Numbered from the stretch's first letter, positions 25,186 through 40,899 are shown. The stretch: DNA of 64,000 nucleotides from the human T2T-CHM13v2.0 reference genome, Homo sapiens (GCF_009914755.1 NC_060947.1), one strand, 5' to 3'. Program-made: numbers and translations. The notes: a model not told the origin generated them from the sequence alone.

Positions 25186-28100
25186 TTAGGCAGTATAAGT
25201 ACAGTTTTGCAACATGGACCTATTGCAAAGTGGAGAAGTCTGGGCTTTTAGTGTAGCCATCATCTGAATAGTATATATTGAACCAATTAAGTACTTTTTC
25301 ATTTCTCACCACCCTCCACCTGCCTCACTATTCTGTCTCCAGTGTCTACTACTCCACTTCCTATATCCATGTGTATGCATTATTTACCTCCCACTTATAA
25401 CTGAGAACATGTGATATTTGACTTCCTGTTTCTGAGTTATTTTGTTTAAGACATGATTATTTAAAACATGATTTTTTATGGCTGAGTAGTATTCCATGGT
25501 GTATGTATATGTGTGTGTGTGTGTGTGTTTGTGTGTGTATAATAATTTTAATCCAGTCATCCATTGGTGGACATTTAGGTTGATTTCATATATTTGCTAT
25601 TGTGAATAGTGCTGCACTAAACCTATAAGTGCAGGTATCTTTTGGTGTAATGATGTATTTTCCTTCAGGTAGATACGTAGTAGTGGGATTGCTGCATCAA
25701 ATGGTAGATATATTTTTAGCTCTTTGAGAAAGCTGCATACTGATTGCCATAAAGATTGTACTTATTTGCATTCCCACCAACAGTGTGTAAGTGTTCCCTT
25801 TTCTCTGCATCTTTGCCAACATCTGTTATTATTTGACTTTTTATTAATAGCCATTTTTACTGGTATAAAATGGTATCTCATTGTGGTTTTAATTCACATT
25901 TTTCTCATGATTAGTAATGTTGAGCATTTTTGCATATGCTTTTTGGCCATTTATATGTCGTTTTTAAAAATTATCTCTTCATATTACTTGACCACTTTTA
26001 ATAGGGTTATTTGAGTTTTTCTCATTATGACTGAGATGTTTGAGTTCCTTCTAAATTTCAGATATTAGCCCTTTGCCACATACATACTTTGCAAATATTT
26101 TGTCCCATTCTGAAGATTCTCTGTTCATGCTATCGATTCTTTCCATGGCCATGCAGAAGTTTTTTACTTAAGTCCCATTTGTATATTTTTGCCTTCATTG
26201 CCTGTGCTTTTGAGGTCTTAGTCAGGAATTTTTTGCCAAGGCCATTTTCTTGTGTTTCTTTGTTGATTTTCTGCCTCAATAATTTGCCTAGTGCTGTCAG
26301 TGGGATGTTGAAGTACCCCACTATTATTGCATTGCTTCCTAGCTCTTTTCTTAAGTAATATTTGTTTTATAAATCTGGGTGCCCCAGTATTTGGTGCATA
26401 TATATTTAGGATTGTTACATCTTTTTGTTGAATTGATTTCTTCATGATTATATTATGACATTACTTGTCTTCTTAAACTGTTGTTTATTTAAAGTTTGCT
26501 TGATCAGATGTAAATATAACTACTCTGGCTTGCTTTTGTTTTCCATTTAAATTGAATATTTTTTTCCACCCCATTAACTTAAGTCTCCAAGTGTCTTTAT
26601 CAATAAGGTGAGTTTCTTGTAAGAAGTGTATGGTCGGATCATTTTTTTTAATCCATTTTGTCAACCTATTTAATTGGCATATTTAATCCATATACAGTCA
26701 TGGTTAATATTGACACATGAGGTCTTATTCCTGTCATAATATTAATTGTTATATAGCTACTTTGTAGCCTTATTTGTGTAATTGTTTTATAAGACTTTTG
26801 AGTTTTATACTTTCAGATGTTTTTATTATGGCAAGTATTGAACAAATTTTGTATCCATGTTTATAACTTCCTTGAGCATTTCTTGTAAGTTTGGTCTAGT
26901 GGTGACAGATTTTCTCAGTGTTTGCTTGCCTGCAAAATACTTTATTTCTTCTTCATTTATGATGCTTATTCTGGCAGTATACCCAAGTCAGGGTTTACAG
27001 CTTTTTTCCTTAAATGGCTTGAAAATAAAATCCCAGTCTCTTCTTGCTTGTAAGGCTTCTGCTGAGAAGTCCACTGTTAGTCTGATGGCGTTTCCTTTAT
27101 AGGTTACTATATGCTTTTCTTTTGCTGATTTTAGGATTTTTTTCCTTCATATTGAACTTAGTCTGATGACTGTATGTCTTGGTGAGATTCTTCTTACAAT
27201 GTTTCTCTGGAGTTTTTTGAGTTTCTTGTATCAAGATACCTAGATCTCTTCCTGGACTAGGGAAGTTTTCCTTAATTATTTTCTCAAATAGTTTCCCAGA
27301 CTTTGGGGTTTCTTCTTCTCCCCCAGGAATACCTATAATTTGTAAGTTGGGACATTTTACATAGTTCCATACTTATCAAAATCTTAGCTCACTTTTTAAT
27401 TCTATTTTTTTTTGTTTTTGTCTGACTGGATAAATTAAAAAGTACTGTCTTCAAGCTCTGAGATTCTTTCTTCTGCTTGGTCTAGTCTATCGTTGAAGAT
27501 TTCATCTGTATTTTGTAATTCCTTCAATGAATTTTCCTTTTCAGGAGTTTCTTTTTTTTTCTTTTTTTAAAAACTCTATCTCTTTGGCAAATTTATCATT
27601 CATATCCTGGATTGGTTTTCTGATTTCTTTGTATTGGTTTTCAGCTTTCTCTTGAATCCTGTTGAGCTTCTTTAAAATCAATATTTTGAATTATTTATCT
27701 GAAATTTCATGTATTTCATTTTGGTTAGGAACTATTGCTAAAAAGTTAGTGCAATGCTTTAGGGTTATTATAACGCCCTGTTCTTTTATACTTCCAGAAT
27801 TGTTCCATTGGTTCCTTCTCATTTGAAAAGAAAAATATCACATCTTCTTATTTTTAAACTTACTTTTATTTGGATGAGACATTTTTTTCCCTTAAGGATG
27901 TGAATATAACCTATTTTGAATAAGATCATTCAAGATCAGGCTTTGAGTCTCAGTGTTTTCAGTGGCAAAGACTCTGTATGAATTTTTTTCATTATAGGTA
28001 GCCTTAGTGTGGTGATTTTCTGAAGTGCCAGTTGTCATAGCAATATTCTAGGTGTGTGAGCAGGCTCACTGCCTCCATTGGAGCTGGGGTGGCAGAGCTC

Positions 28101-29820
28101 TCCATAAGCTCATCTGCATTGGTGTCAATGGATTTTGTATTGAGTTGTGCATTTTAACCTACAGGCCAGTACGTGGCACTTGAAGGAGGTAAGAGCCAGT
28201 GGTGGTGGTGGTGGTAGCAGATGGGTTTATGCTTTATATTTGCTTATCAGGAGAAGGCCTCTGGTGCTTCAGGCAGTGGGCTGGCCTGTGGAACACCCAG
28301 TGGCCTGGGCTTTATCCTCAGCACCATGAAGAGGGTGAAGTTGGGCAGAGCTGGACCAGCTGGGGCCACCCTCAGGTATCCCAGTGGTGGACACAAGCAC
28401 TAACCCTGACAGAGATGGTGGAGGAGTGATGTAGGCGCTGTATAATTTCCTTGGTTATAAATAGCCTTAGTGTAGTGACTTGCTCAAATGCCAGTTGTAG
28501 TATTAATGTACAAGGCAGGTGAGCAGGTTCAGGGCCTCCTAAGCAGCTGGGGTGGTGTGGGTGATGATGGTAGCAGAGGTTGCACAAAGCACTTTTCCTT
28601 CCCGAGCACTGTGCACTTATGTCAGCAGTTGTAATGGGCTGTGCAGGTTGACCTCCTGGCCAGTTGAAGGCACTTGCAGGTGACAGGCAGCTGGGGTGGT
28701 GGTAGTAAGGTCTGTGCTTGATCTTTACTAACAAGGAGAAGTACTCTAATGTCCCAGGGAATGTGCTGGGTTGTGGAACTCCCAGGGGTTCTGATCCCAT
28801 GCTTTGCCTATGAGGTGGGTAATGGGGTAAAATTTTGATGGGGCTGCATCAGGCATACCCATAATCAGGCTCCCCAGTAGCAGGTGCAAGTGCTAGCCCT
28901 GATGGGTGAAAAAAAGTAGTTCTCAGGCCATTGGGGCAATACTAGAAGGAGTGGAGAAACCTCTGTCATTCCAAACAGCCAGCATAGGAAATGAGGAGTG
29001 GCTTGGACTCCAAAATTTAGCAGGCGGCAGTGAGACCTGCCTTGCTTCCTGGGTCACCACCCTGCAGAGCTCCCTCCTGAAGCCTACTACTGGCAGCAAG
29101 CTGAAACAAACAGCTAAGTTACAAACAGAACATCTCAGGTTGCAAAACTGTCCCAGGCTGAAGACTTTCCTGGCTGGGACAATAACTGGGGCTCCCAGAT
29201 GATACCCTTCCTAGCCTGGTCTTGCAAAGGGGAGGTCACCCACCTCCTGCACGCACACTTCAATCCCATACCACTGTCTTCTCTCAGTTCTGGCCATGGG
29301 GACTCCTCTCCTGTTTGAGACTAGATCACAAATCTCAGTCTGGAGACTTGCCCAGCTAGTGACTGCTGCCCATGTGGCTTACAGATTTCAGTAGAGACTC
29401 CTATAGTTAGGATATTTATTGGCCACCTTCTATTGGAGCCAGGGTCTGGAATGCGTGCAACACACTTCCTGCTGCTACCCCTTCTCAAGGTCTCCCCACT
29501 GCTCCCAACATCAGATTCAGCGATTGGTAGTGTCAAGGAGCTCCCCCTTGGCCTAGATTACCCAGCTCCCCAGTGGGAATGTGTATTGTGGAGACACTTT
29601 CTCCCCATCTCATGCACTGGGGACTCACTCTCAATTTTCCACCGAACCCACAGCACAGGCTGCTGCCACCAAATTCATCAAAGAATCTGGGGTTTCTTTT
29701 GCTTTTATGTTAATCACCTGTGTTCCTTCTTGGATAAAAGTTTTCAGTGTGAATCTCTACGCACTATTTTGCTACTTCCTCGTGAGTGAGGCATGCCAGC
29801 AAAGCCCCTAATTTGCCCTC
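25186..29820 (-). mobile_element. Old L1 (L1PB4/L1MA-like) with 5'UTR and a large ORF2 deletion near 26245
   Basis: Antisense 3'UTR; ORF2 C-terminus joined directly to EN-domain sequence (NIYAPNTGAPRFIKQ); ORF1 and GC-richer 5'UTR. Confidence 0.75.
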
Positions 29821-29829
29821 TTTAAAAAA

Positions 29830-30950
<1,121 letters not shown>

Positions 30951-30955
30951 TCCGG

Positions 30956-31008
30956 ATGTGTGTGTGCGCGTATGAGTGTGTGTGTGTGTGTGTGTGTGCA
31001 CGTGTGTG
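30956..31008. repeat. (TG)n microsatellite
   Basis: Read directly from the sequence. Confidence 0.9.
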
Positions 31009-31578
31009 TATTTGATTCCCCAAATACATGGCCCAAATTCATGGCCCAAATCATGTTTCCTTTTAGAAAAACCCAAAGAATACAGTAGACTTAAACTGTG
31101 TTTAAACAACACTGCAGGACATTTTTTTAAAAAGGACAGATTCCACAAAAATTTTAAATTGCCTAGATAATTTATTGATGCCTTCTGTAGACTACAAAAA
31201 GTCATAGACAGCACACAACTCATAAAAGTTAGGGTACAAGCCTGACTACCAGAGAATGTACACAGATATTTTAAAAATCCATAATTGTATTCAACAAAGG
31301 TAAGTGCAGTTTTTATTTTAAGTAATGGTACCTAGGCATTGAATTCTATTCTTATGCCTGTGAAGGTATTTATGGTTCTACACCTAAAAGCCATATATAC
31401 TTATAACTTCTTTATAAAACTCTTGATAGTTGGCAAAACTAAATCATATATAACATAAACATATAATATCTGGAATTACTATATTTGGGAAAAAATGTCT
31501 TGATCAAAAGTGCTAATGAATTTGTATAAAAATAATTATGGTATCTTAAGATTTCATTGACACTTCAAACTACATTGG

Positions 31579-31890
31579 AGCCAGGCGCGGTGCCTCACAC
31601 CTGTAACGCCAACACTCTGGGAGGCCGAGGTGGGTGGATCACTTGAGGCCAGGAGATTGAGACCAGCCTGACCAACATGACAAAACCCCATCTCTAAAAA
31701 AATACAAAAATTAGTTGGGCATTGTCGCGCATGCCTGTAATCCCAGGTACTGGGGAGGCTGAGGCATGAGAATCATTTGAGCTTGGGAGGCGGAGATTAT
31801 GGTGAGCTGAGATCGTGCAACTGCACTCCAACCTGGGCAACAGAATGAGACTCTGTCTTTAAAAAACAAACAAACAAACAAACAAACAAA
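31579..31890 (+). mobile_element. Alu (S/J) with (AAAC)n tail
   Basis: Full dimer; TSD AAACT(A/G)CAT(T/C)GGA. Confidence 0.92.
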
Positions 31891-32811
31891 AAACTGCATC
31901 GGAGTGCGAAACTCATGGGAGGGAGAGGTCAAGGAGAAAGATTGATATGGAAAACCCACGTTGTTTTTTACAGAAATGTTAAAAGTTGCCTAAAGGATTT
32001 TATCCAAAATAACACAGAACTGTACAAAGATACAGAGTAAATAAGAAGCTGTGAAGGTTTTTTGCTATGAAAATCACATCTGGCTTCACAAAAATTGTAC
32101 CTGTCAAGAAGTAAATCATGTAAATATATAATCAGAGATACAAATAATTCTGTCTTATAATGGCAATTTTCTTGTAATAAGTCCTAGCAAGATAGTTTTC
32201 ATTTATTATAGTTTGTGCTTTCTTGTTTCTATTGCGGTTTGGAAGCTTGTTGTTGGGGCTTCGTGGTAAAACTTACGTTGCATTAGCTTGGCTTCCTGTA
32301 TCTAAATGTATGAAACTATATAAGTTGATTTTATCACAAAAAAGTATACATCTCATAACAAAAAAAGGATGTGGAATATACAACTATTTTAATTAAATAA
32401 TCATTTTTATTCCCATTATTATAATGCCAGCATTTTCTTAGCTTTATTCTGTGAACCCTTGAAATTGTGGAATTCTGTGTTAAAACTTGAAAAAAATAAA
32501 TTGGGCTGCATATTCTAGCACCATAGAGTGTTGACAGCAGAACAAGCCTTATTATGGTTTAAAATGTCTATATCAATTTAAATATGTATTTACACAAGCC
32601 ACTAAAAATATAAACTTAATTTATATTTTCTGATCTAATCTGTGGCACAGACTACAAAATTAAATATTTACATACATATCCTATAAGTAGATGTTTAACC
32701 TCATTTTCTGACATAATTACACTCCCAAATTTACTAATTTTTAAAATTCTCATACTCTTAAAATTTTTTTAAAAAGAGAAAAACGAGAACTTTACACATA
32801 CTAAACAAATG

Positions 32812-33042
32812 CATAGTATAGTAGTTAAACACATCAGATTAGATGTCAGATAGATCTGAGTTCAAACTTTAAATCTACTGTTTATTAATTATGTGACCTT
32901 GACCCAGTTACTTTACATCTCTAAACATCAGTTTCGTCATGTGTAAAGTGGGAATAATAATAGTATCAACCGCGTAGGGTACAAGATAAAATGTGGTAAT
33001 GCACTTACAACATTGCTTGTCATATGTTAATTACTCAATAGG
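32812..33042 (+). mobile_element. MIR
   Basis: Core tgtgaccttgacccagttactttacatctct...cagtttcgtcatgtgtaaagtgggaataataatagta. Confidence 0.8.
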
Positions 33043-33234
33043 AGTGACTAAGTGAGTATGGTTGTTTTATTTTAGTATTATTGCTATAATTCGTATTATT
33101 TTTATTACTAACATTATCACCTATTATTACGCTATTATTGTCATTTTCCTTGAAAAGGCATTGAGAAAATGACCAGTGCTAAAATATAATTTTCAAAAAG
33201 TTAAAATCATGGCATTCACACAAATATAAAATGA

Positions 33235-33310
33235 CACGTTTTATATATGTAACAAAATATCACATGTACCCCATAAATGTGTACAAATATATATCAATTA
33301 AAAAATTAAA
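33235..33310 (+). mobile_element. Very short L1MA-type 3' end
   Basis: aaatatcacatgtaccccataaatgtgtacaaat; flanked by direct repeats AAATATAAAATGA. Confidence 0.65.
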
Positions 33311-33663
33311 AAATATAAAATGAACATGTGTTAAACATTTTATGTGATTCATAGATGAAGAAAACAATTATAAGATGTTAAAACAAGTTCAAAAGGGTAT
33401 TTGAATAAAAGGTACTTAGACAACTTTGAATGCTGAAATAATTTCTCAATAGATGCAAAAGTAGTTGAAATCATATAGAACAATAAAAGTTAATCTTTGG
33501 GAGTCAGTATTTCTACATTGTGGAAATCAATTCTATTTCTATCAGGCAAAATGAATTTGTATAGTTATAGAAAAAAATCACAAGGAAACTCAGCTTTTTA
33601 CAACTTAACTTCCACACACGCAAAGTTGTAAAACAGGCTTGTCAGTAGAAAGTCACTTAAAGG

Positions 33664-34004
<341 letters not shown>

Positions 34005-35777
34005 TCATTTCCATGTCTTGAACAATTTTTCTGATGCTTTTTTTTTTTTTTGCTAAAACACTTTTGGCATACCCAATTACTTATGATAATAATTCAAATT
34101 AAAGTCTTCTAAAACCATCACATTGGTTGGGTCAGGGATCACTATTACTATAATGTTAATGAGAAAATTGAGGCAAATAAATCAAGCAAATGATTCCTAG
34201 TTACTCTATGTGGGAAAATAAGACCATGACTCATTCTCTTGACTTCAGGCTCAATTTCATTTCCACTAGAATATACATACTTACATTCAAAGTAAGGGGA
34301 GACAGAAAAGCAAAAGAGAAACAAGAAAGAGAAGTAATGCTATTTTAATTTGAATATGCGGTGACTACTTTTGTCTTTTATAACTGCTCCTGTGTATCTT
34401 TACAGATGATAACCATATTACCAATTAGTTTTTCTTCAAAAGAGTCAACATTCCCCAAACTCCTCTTCTTAATCAAGCAGTATCCAGATAATAATAATGT
34501 TAGCCAGATTTTGAGCATTAGTACTATGCCCATGCAGAAAAGTCTTGGGTCTTTGGATGCAAATTTATGAGGAAATCCTTCTATGAGTTTTGGTTCATGA
34601 TTCATCTGTGTGTGTACCCTGACTGTCAGCTGAGTGAAGCATCAATTAACAATAGCAATTGTTTTGAAGATTTGGCTTAGCCAGAGCATGCAGCTATGAA
34701 TTTTCTGGCTCTGACTTTTACCATAACATCTGAATTTAAAGTGATATGCTACATGACACTCAATGATATAGAATTTAAGTTGTCTGAGTTATTGCTGATT
34801 TCAGATAATATTTTTAAAATTGTAGATGTGAGAGCAATTTCAGATGGAAACTGAAATCAGATGATTTAGAATATCATTAAAGAGATACAAACAGTGGTCA
34901 GAGGGGGTAATACAAATATATCAGTGGAAAGTGATAAATGAAAATCTTCTTTGTAAAATAAATATATTTCATTAGGCTTTTACAAATAGGCCAATATAAA
35001 GTCAGGGAGCATTTTTGTGTGTAATTTTATGAGTTTTCTTCATTGTTCACCTTTTAGATTTTAGTGTTATATATTTTTAAAAATAAGCTTCAAAGGTTAG
35101 GAAAGAATTTCTAGAAAATATGTTAATATTACTTACTGAATTATTTTTCATTTTGCTTACTAAAGAGGTTTGGGGATAAGGAGTTAACTTCAGATTAAAA
35201 TAGAAAACAATAAACCTTGACTCCACTGAAGATAAATAAGAACTCTCAGCAGGGAAAAACACAGGATAAGTCTATGACCATTCTATCTGCAAATAGTATT
35301 AAAACCAAAGTACTACATTTCATACAGCAAAAATAGAAAGGCAATTATATTCAGGTTTACTTTAAAATATGAGTTCTCATATAAAATGGATCAGGCATCT
35401 TATGTATAACTTCGACAAATAAATAATAAAAGAAAAACAAAAGCCCTTCAATCAGACTACTAAATGAGAGGAGACTTTTTTATATAATGCCAGGATCACA
35501 ATATGTGAAATTTCCTCAAAGTTTATCTGAGCACTGATTAATGAAGTGCATGGTATCTTGGAAAGGGAAACTTTTTCAATATGCTTTGAGAGACACCTAG
35601 TGGCTGAAGGTAATTTTGTCACGTACATATCCTTAATATTATCCAATCTACATTTGATATTTGTATAGTGTTTTTAATCCTATGTTTCAGATAGGTATAC
35701 ATTTTAAGAATGTCTGTTATTTTCAGTTGTAACTCTATTGGACTTTTCCTCCCAATTATCTTTCTAAATCCTTTAAG

Positions 35778-35949
35778 GTATGATCCAAAAGGTGATTCAT
35801 GGTCAACTGTGGCACCTCTGAGTGTTCCTCGAGATGCTGTTGCTGTGTGCCCTCTTGGAGACAAACTCTACGTGGTTGGAGGATATGACGGACATACTTA
35901 TTTGAACACAGTTGAGTCATATGATGCACAGAGAAATGAATGGAAAGAG
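35778..35949 (+). CDS. KLHL4: KLHL4 penultimate coding exon (YDPKGDSW...[10 protein letters not shown])
   Basis: ctttaAG at 35776-35777, donor GTATTC at 35950; 172 nt, phase 2 to 0; completes codon CG|G across a 28,982-nt intron. Confidence 0.95.
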
Positions 35950-37488
35950 GTATTCGAATTAAAATATTCAAATTACTATATTTCAGGTTTTAAAAAGAAG
36001 ATATTAAATTATATTTTTGAAATTAGTTGTATTCTCTTCTCTAGGCCCTAACAAGATCTTTTAGTGAAATTTATAGTATGTGCTCTATCTATGCCTTAGA
36101 GAATTACAAGTTGATCTAGTTGATATGATATGACATGATAGTTGATAGCAGGACCCATCAACTTATAACCCATCTTATATAAAAGGGGACAGACCATTCT
36201 CGTGACTTCATGAAAGCATTCCCTTTAAAGAAAATAAGCGAATCCAATAAAATACTTCAGTAATAAATAAATAAAATAAAGCATTTTACCATGGCCAACT
36301 TTTTATGTATATGTTGTGACCTGAGAACCAAAGGGCAGCATCTTCTTCCGCAAATATCTGCCCTTTTTATTGGCTGGCACCTAGGAGACAAGCCTTCAAT
36401 CTTTACCATATAGAGACTGTGTAGACTGCAATACTCCTAAATTCTTCAGTCAGTCAATAATTTAGTAAACAATAAGGGACCAGAATTAAAACCTCTCAAA
36501 AGTGCTGGGCATCTATTAGAACTAATTTCAAAGAGAGTACAAAAAATAGCATTGAAATGGCATCTTTGAGATGTTAAAGGCAAATTTGACCCTTTTGACT
36601 GCTTTGCCAGTGATAGCCCTAGATTTATTCTAAAATATTTAATACTTTGTCAATTAAATGATGAGTTAACAAAAAATATAAAGTATGATTAACTCTTTAC
36701 CATCTCCACAAAAAGGCAAACCTTGTATTTGGTACCTAACTTCATCTTCCTTTCTACTGACTTCATGCTACTCTATATTCTACAGGGTACAGCTATCTAT
36801 TGCTCTAAATAAATTGGTGCTAATATAATGACAGCTGATAATGAGATTTTAATCTCTCTCCTCCAATAATCTGATTCATTAAGACTCAGAAACCCTCAAA
36901 TGCTACAATGTAGGTAGCTGCTGTTTTGTCAATGCTTAGGACCAACCAGAAATCGAAGGAAAAAAAATATCATGCAAGGTGTTAGGACAAATACAATAAT
37001 CAAGATGTTTGACCAGCTTACGGGATTTATTTTTCTGAAGATTGTAGACAAGTAGCTAAGAGTCCTGGATTATATTTTTGGCTGTGTCACTGTTTCATCG
37101 TGTGATCTTGAAAAGAGTGAAAGAGAACTAACAGATGGTGGGATTATAACTACTAAGTGCAAATTGTCATTCATTATTTCACTCAATCATCACAAAAACC
37201 TTGACGTGTTAGTATAATTTGGTGTAATTTTTCAAGTGAGAATATTATCAGAGAGAAGAAATTTACTTAAGATCACCTGATCCTCAAACTCAGGTTTTTA
37301 CCATTCTAAAGGCTATGTTTTTTCCAGCACACTACACTGTTTTCTAGGCTGCAGATTATCTCATCTTTAGACAAGGTGATGTTAGACCAAATTAAGTAAG
37401 GACTTCTTCAACTATATTGAATATAATATTTTATATTATGCTGAAATCAGAGTTCCAACAGTGTTTTGTTTCTTATTTTGTGTTTTAG

Positions 37489-37548
37489 GAAGTTCCTGTT
37501 AACATTGGAAGAGCTGGTGCATGTGTTGTAGTGGTGAAGCTACCCTAA
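37489..37548 (+). CDS. KLHL4: KLHL4 last coding exon, EVPVNIGRAGACVVVVKLP*
   Basis: Polypyrimidine tract plus tgttttAG at 37487-37488; phase 0; TAA at 37546-37548; typical KLHL1/4/5 C-terminal GRAGACVV motif. Too short for the ORF track. Confidence 0.93.
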   Translation, partial: EVPVNIGRAGACVVVVKLP

Positions 37549-38927
37549 AGCTATCTATCTTTATCAAATGGAATGAAACTAGATAATTTCAAGAAACTGA
37601 GTAGGACAAAGGGAGAAAGAAATACATGTTCTTTTTCCTGCAATTAATAATCAGACTGGAAAATTGTTGTATCATTTTAATTTGTAGTTACAATTGCTTT
37701 CATTCGTGAAGCCGAAACGTTTTTAAACATGAATTACATATGAATTATTAAGCATATGTGCTTTCGCAGCTGATAATATAAAAGGAAATCCCACAGTCTA
37801 GATATAGCCCCATTACTACAAAATGCTAAAATATTTAATGAAAATTGATGGTGGCCACAGTGTGCAGGTTATAAAAGCATTAATACATTTCAAGGTAAGA
37901 GCCTTAAAAGTTAAAAACATTTTCAGTTTTTTTTTAAAAAACGTACTCTTATTATCTGGAACATAGAAATATAAAAGGTAACATCTAAAGCTTAGAATAG
38001 TGTGATTTTTAGTAAGCCATTATTCTCCTATTCAAATAATATCCCAAAGAGCTAAACAATTCCTTACATTTACCAAGAGGAAAGCTTTTACTGTGTTGAG
38101 GCTAAAAAAAATAATGGCTCTTTGACAAAACTTGTTATGTTGATCGCGGTATGTCAAAATTTTTACAGGTTTGCTCATCTGCCAGAGCACACATATAAAT
38201 TTGGTATTTCTTAACATATTATCTTGTTAGATTTGTTACCAGTAAAATATTACTGTAATTTCATATACACAGTCTATACAATGAAATAATGAATATTTAT
38301 CATATTGATACAAACTGTGACCTCAGCTTCAGAGTGTCAGGGCCTCACTTGTATAGAATGTAATGTTCTCCTCAAACATTTATGTTAACTCTATAAACAA
38401 ATATCGTTAAGTTAAACAAGTTTTCAAAAACAAAACAATTTTTAAAGTACCTTAAAATTGAGGATGTTACTCAGTGTTAACACATGGGAACACCAAAATA
38501 TTCAATAAGCCTGGTCAATTCTATAGTTATCTTTTTTGTACCAACACATGCTTTTCTGTTACTGTTATATTATCCAGTAGAAAATGTTAGGATATGTGTG
38601 CTATATAAAAAAAAAAAAAGACTTGTTAAGTTTTAAAATAACAAAAATGGCTAGTTGAATAGTATTTTATGTGTAATTCTTCCATTTATTCTGTTTAATT
38701 ATACAACTAAGATGAAATATTGAAAAACCCTTTGTGAAAGTAACTTTTCAAGTAAATGCACAACTTTAGAATTTCTACAAATAAGTTCTTTTAAACAGTC
38801 TTTTTATTGTGGATTGTGAAATCAAAATCTGGAGAAATGCTTATAAAATATACTACTAGCTTTTAAGTTTTAAGAAAGAAGAACGTAAGTTGTACAAAGA
38901 TATTTGTACTTTGACAAACTGAATTTA

Positions 38928-38933
38928 AATAAA
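38928..38933 (+). terminator. Proximal polyadenylation signal AATAAA
   Basis: AATAAA with upstream TGTA motifs (38891, 38905) and a downstream GT/T-rich stretch (gtgtggcttt). Confidence 0.6.
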
Positions 38934-39527
38934 CTTTATTTCCTCTCACTATAGTGTGGCTTTAGAATATATCAAGTACAACCTGAATGGACTTTTTGAT
39001 TTTACATTTCCTATATCACTAAAATACTTAAACACAAAAATAAAATTCCACTCCTTTATTTCTTCTTACACCTGCCATTGTCTCTAATTCTAAAGAGAGA
39101 GCTATAGATTTCTGCAGTTCTAGAGGTGAAGATAGAGACATAGAGAGGCTGTGAAACACACATACAGCCCTGTTAGGTCTTTTGAATTCACACCTTATTG
39201 AAATCAGTGTAGAAGTAGAGTTACCTAAACCTTTATCGCCAATGCACAGCTTGGCCTGTTAAGTTAAATGTGGGTGTCAACCAGTGGAAAAGATCAAAGG
39301 ACCTTTTGCAGCCTAGCTTGCCAATCTTCCAGTAACAACGAGGTGCTACCAATAGGCAGACTGTGTCTAGAGTCATGCATGGACAAGAGGAAAGTGAAAG
39401 TTGAATACTCTCTTCTCAATGGCATAGCTGGACTTGATTAAGTATTGACTCATAGAAGAGACATGTATGTTTCCCGGGGCTACCCCTTCATAGCTGCATT
39501 TAAAAATGGTGTTCAGGCCACTATGGC

Positions 39528-39948
39528 TGCTGTGGTTTGAATATTTTTTTCCCTCGAAAACTCATGTTGAAACTTAACTCCTAATGTAGCAGTACTGAGA
39601 GGCAGGGCCCTTAAGAGGTGATTGGGCCATGAGGTCTGTGCCCTCCTGAATGGATTAATCCATTCATGGATTAATGGATTATTATGAGTGGGGGACTGGT
39701 GACTTTATATGAAAAGGAAGGAAGAGTGACCTAAGCTAGCATGCTCAGGGTGCACCGTATGTCCCCTGGTCATGTGATGCTATGTGTTACCTTGGGACTT
39801 ACCTGACAGCTCTTACCAACAAGAAGGCCATCCCAGATATGGCCTCTCAACCTCAGACTTCTCAGCCTGCCTAACTGTAAGAAATTAATTCTTTTTCTTT
39901 ATAAATTACCCAGGTTCTGTTTTAAGCCTCAGAAAATGAACTAAGACA
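39528..39948 (+). mobile_element. MST-family MaLR solo LTR inside the long 3' UTR
   Basis: TGCTGTGGTTTGAAT...GAACTAAGACA termini; flanks ATGGC/ATGCC. Confidence 0.8.
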
Positions 39949-40343
39949 ATGCCCTAGATGAGCTGCCAAAATCTGAGCAGATATGAGCCATCAGAATAGA
40001 GACCTGCAGAGGCCCAGGGCACTCAAACATAACTGTGCTTGTCTCAGTCAAACTTAATTGGGAAAAGGAGGAGTAAGAGCAGGCCCTTTCTGACATGCTT
40101 TAGCAGAGATAACTTATCAGGGCTAGTTTAAACAAATGTGTATAGGAAAGGATGTTATTTATATATTCTTACAAGAGTGTAAGGGCTCACACATTTACTG
40201 TACTCAGATCTGAAAGACAATGTTGCTTCTTGATTTTTTTCTATAATCACTATGACCGTGTTCACGATTCCCTACTCTGCAACTCTCAGCATGCATCATG
40301 ATGATTCTCTAACACTGTCTGTCACCTTCCTGTATTTCCACAG

Positions 40344-40409
40344 AGCATGCAAGAACTTCTACAAAACTTCTATACCACACAGAAGCTGAAAGAGACTCTG
40401 GGGCACTAA
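40344..40409 (+). CDS. KLHL4: KLHL4 alternative terminal exon, SMQELLQNFYTTQKLKETLGH*
   Basis: Branch-point-like CTCTAAC at 40307-40313, pyrimidine tract and ttccacAG ending at 40343; phase 0 fits the donor at 35950. Matches my recollection of the annotated second KLHL4 isoform C-terminus. Confidence 0.75.
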   Translation, partial: SMQELLQNFYTTQKLKETLGH

Positions 40410-40899
40410 ATTCAGATCCTTTCTCCACACAGCAATGACATTTATCAATCTGACTCAGGTGTGGCTGTTGCCCCTTTTTGATATGGAGGGAACACTGAAA
40501 GACAGTTTCCTTCTGGAGTTCCAAATGCAATATAGAAAAAAAAACCCTGTGACTCTGGATTTTATTTTAAGTTCTCTAACAAGACTCCTACCTTGAGATC
40601 TTAGTCTAGGTAAAGAAAAAAAAAAAAAGGTCATGAAACACAAATGTCCTCAACTGTCATCATTCTATGTTTACTTTCTCCCAATCACATCACCTGAGGT
40701 AGAAGAGATTTTTCAGTTGCTATTTCTCTTCGTAATGAATTTTCTTTACATCCTGTCCACACTGCTGGAGATACTAAGTCCCAACCTAAATGATGGAAGG
40801 AGCATCTCCCCTCTTGTCTGTGGAAGATATCACATGAACTACCTAATTTTCAAGCATGGATCTCCATATTTCAAAGGAAAGTTTTAAAAATGTTTTTAA

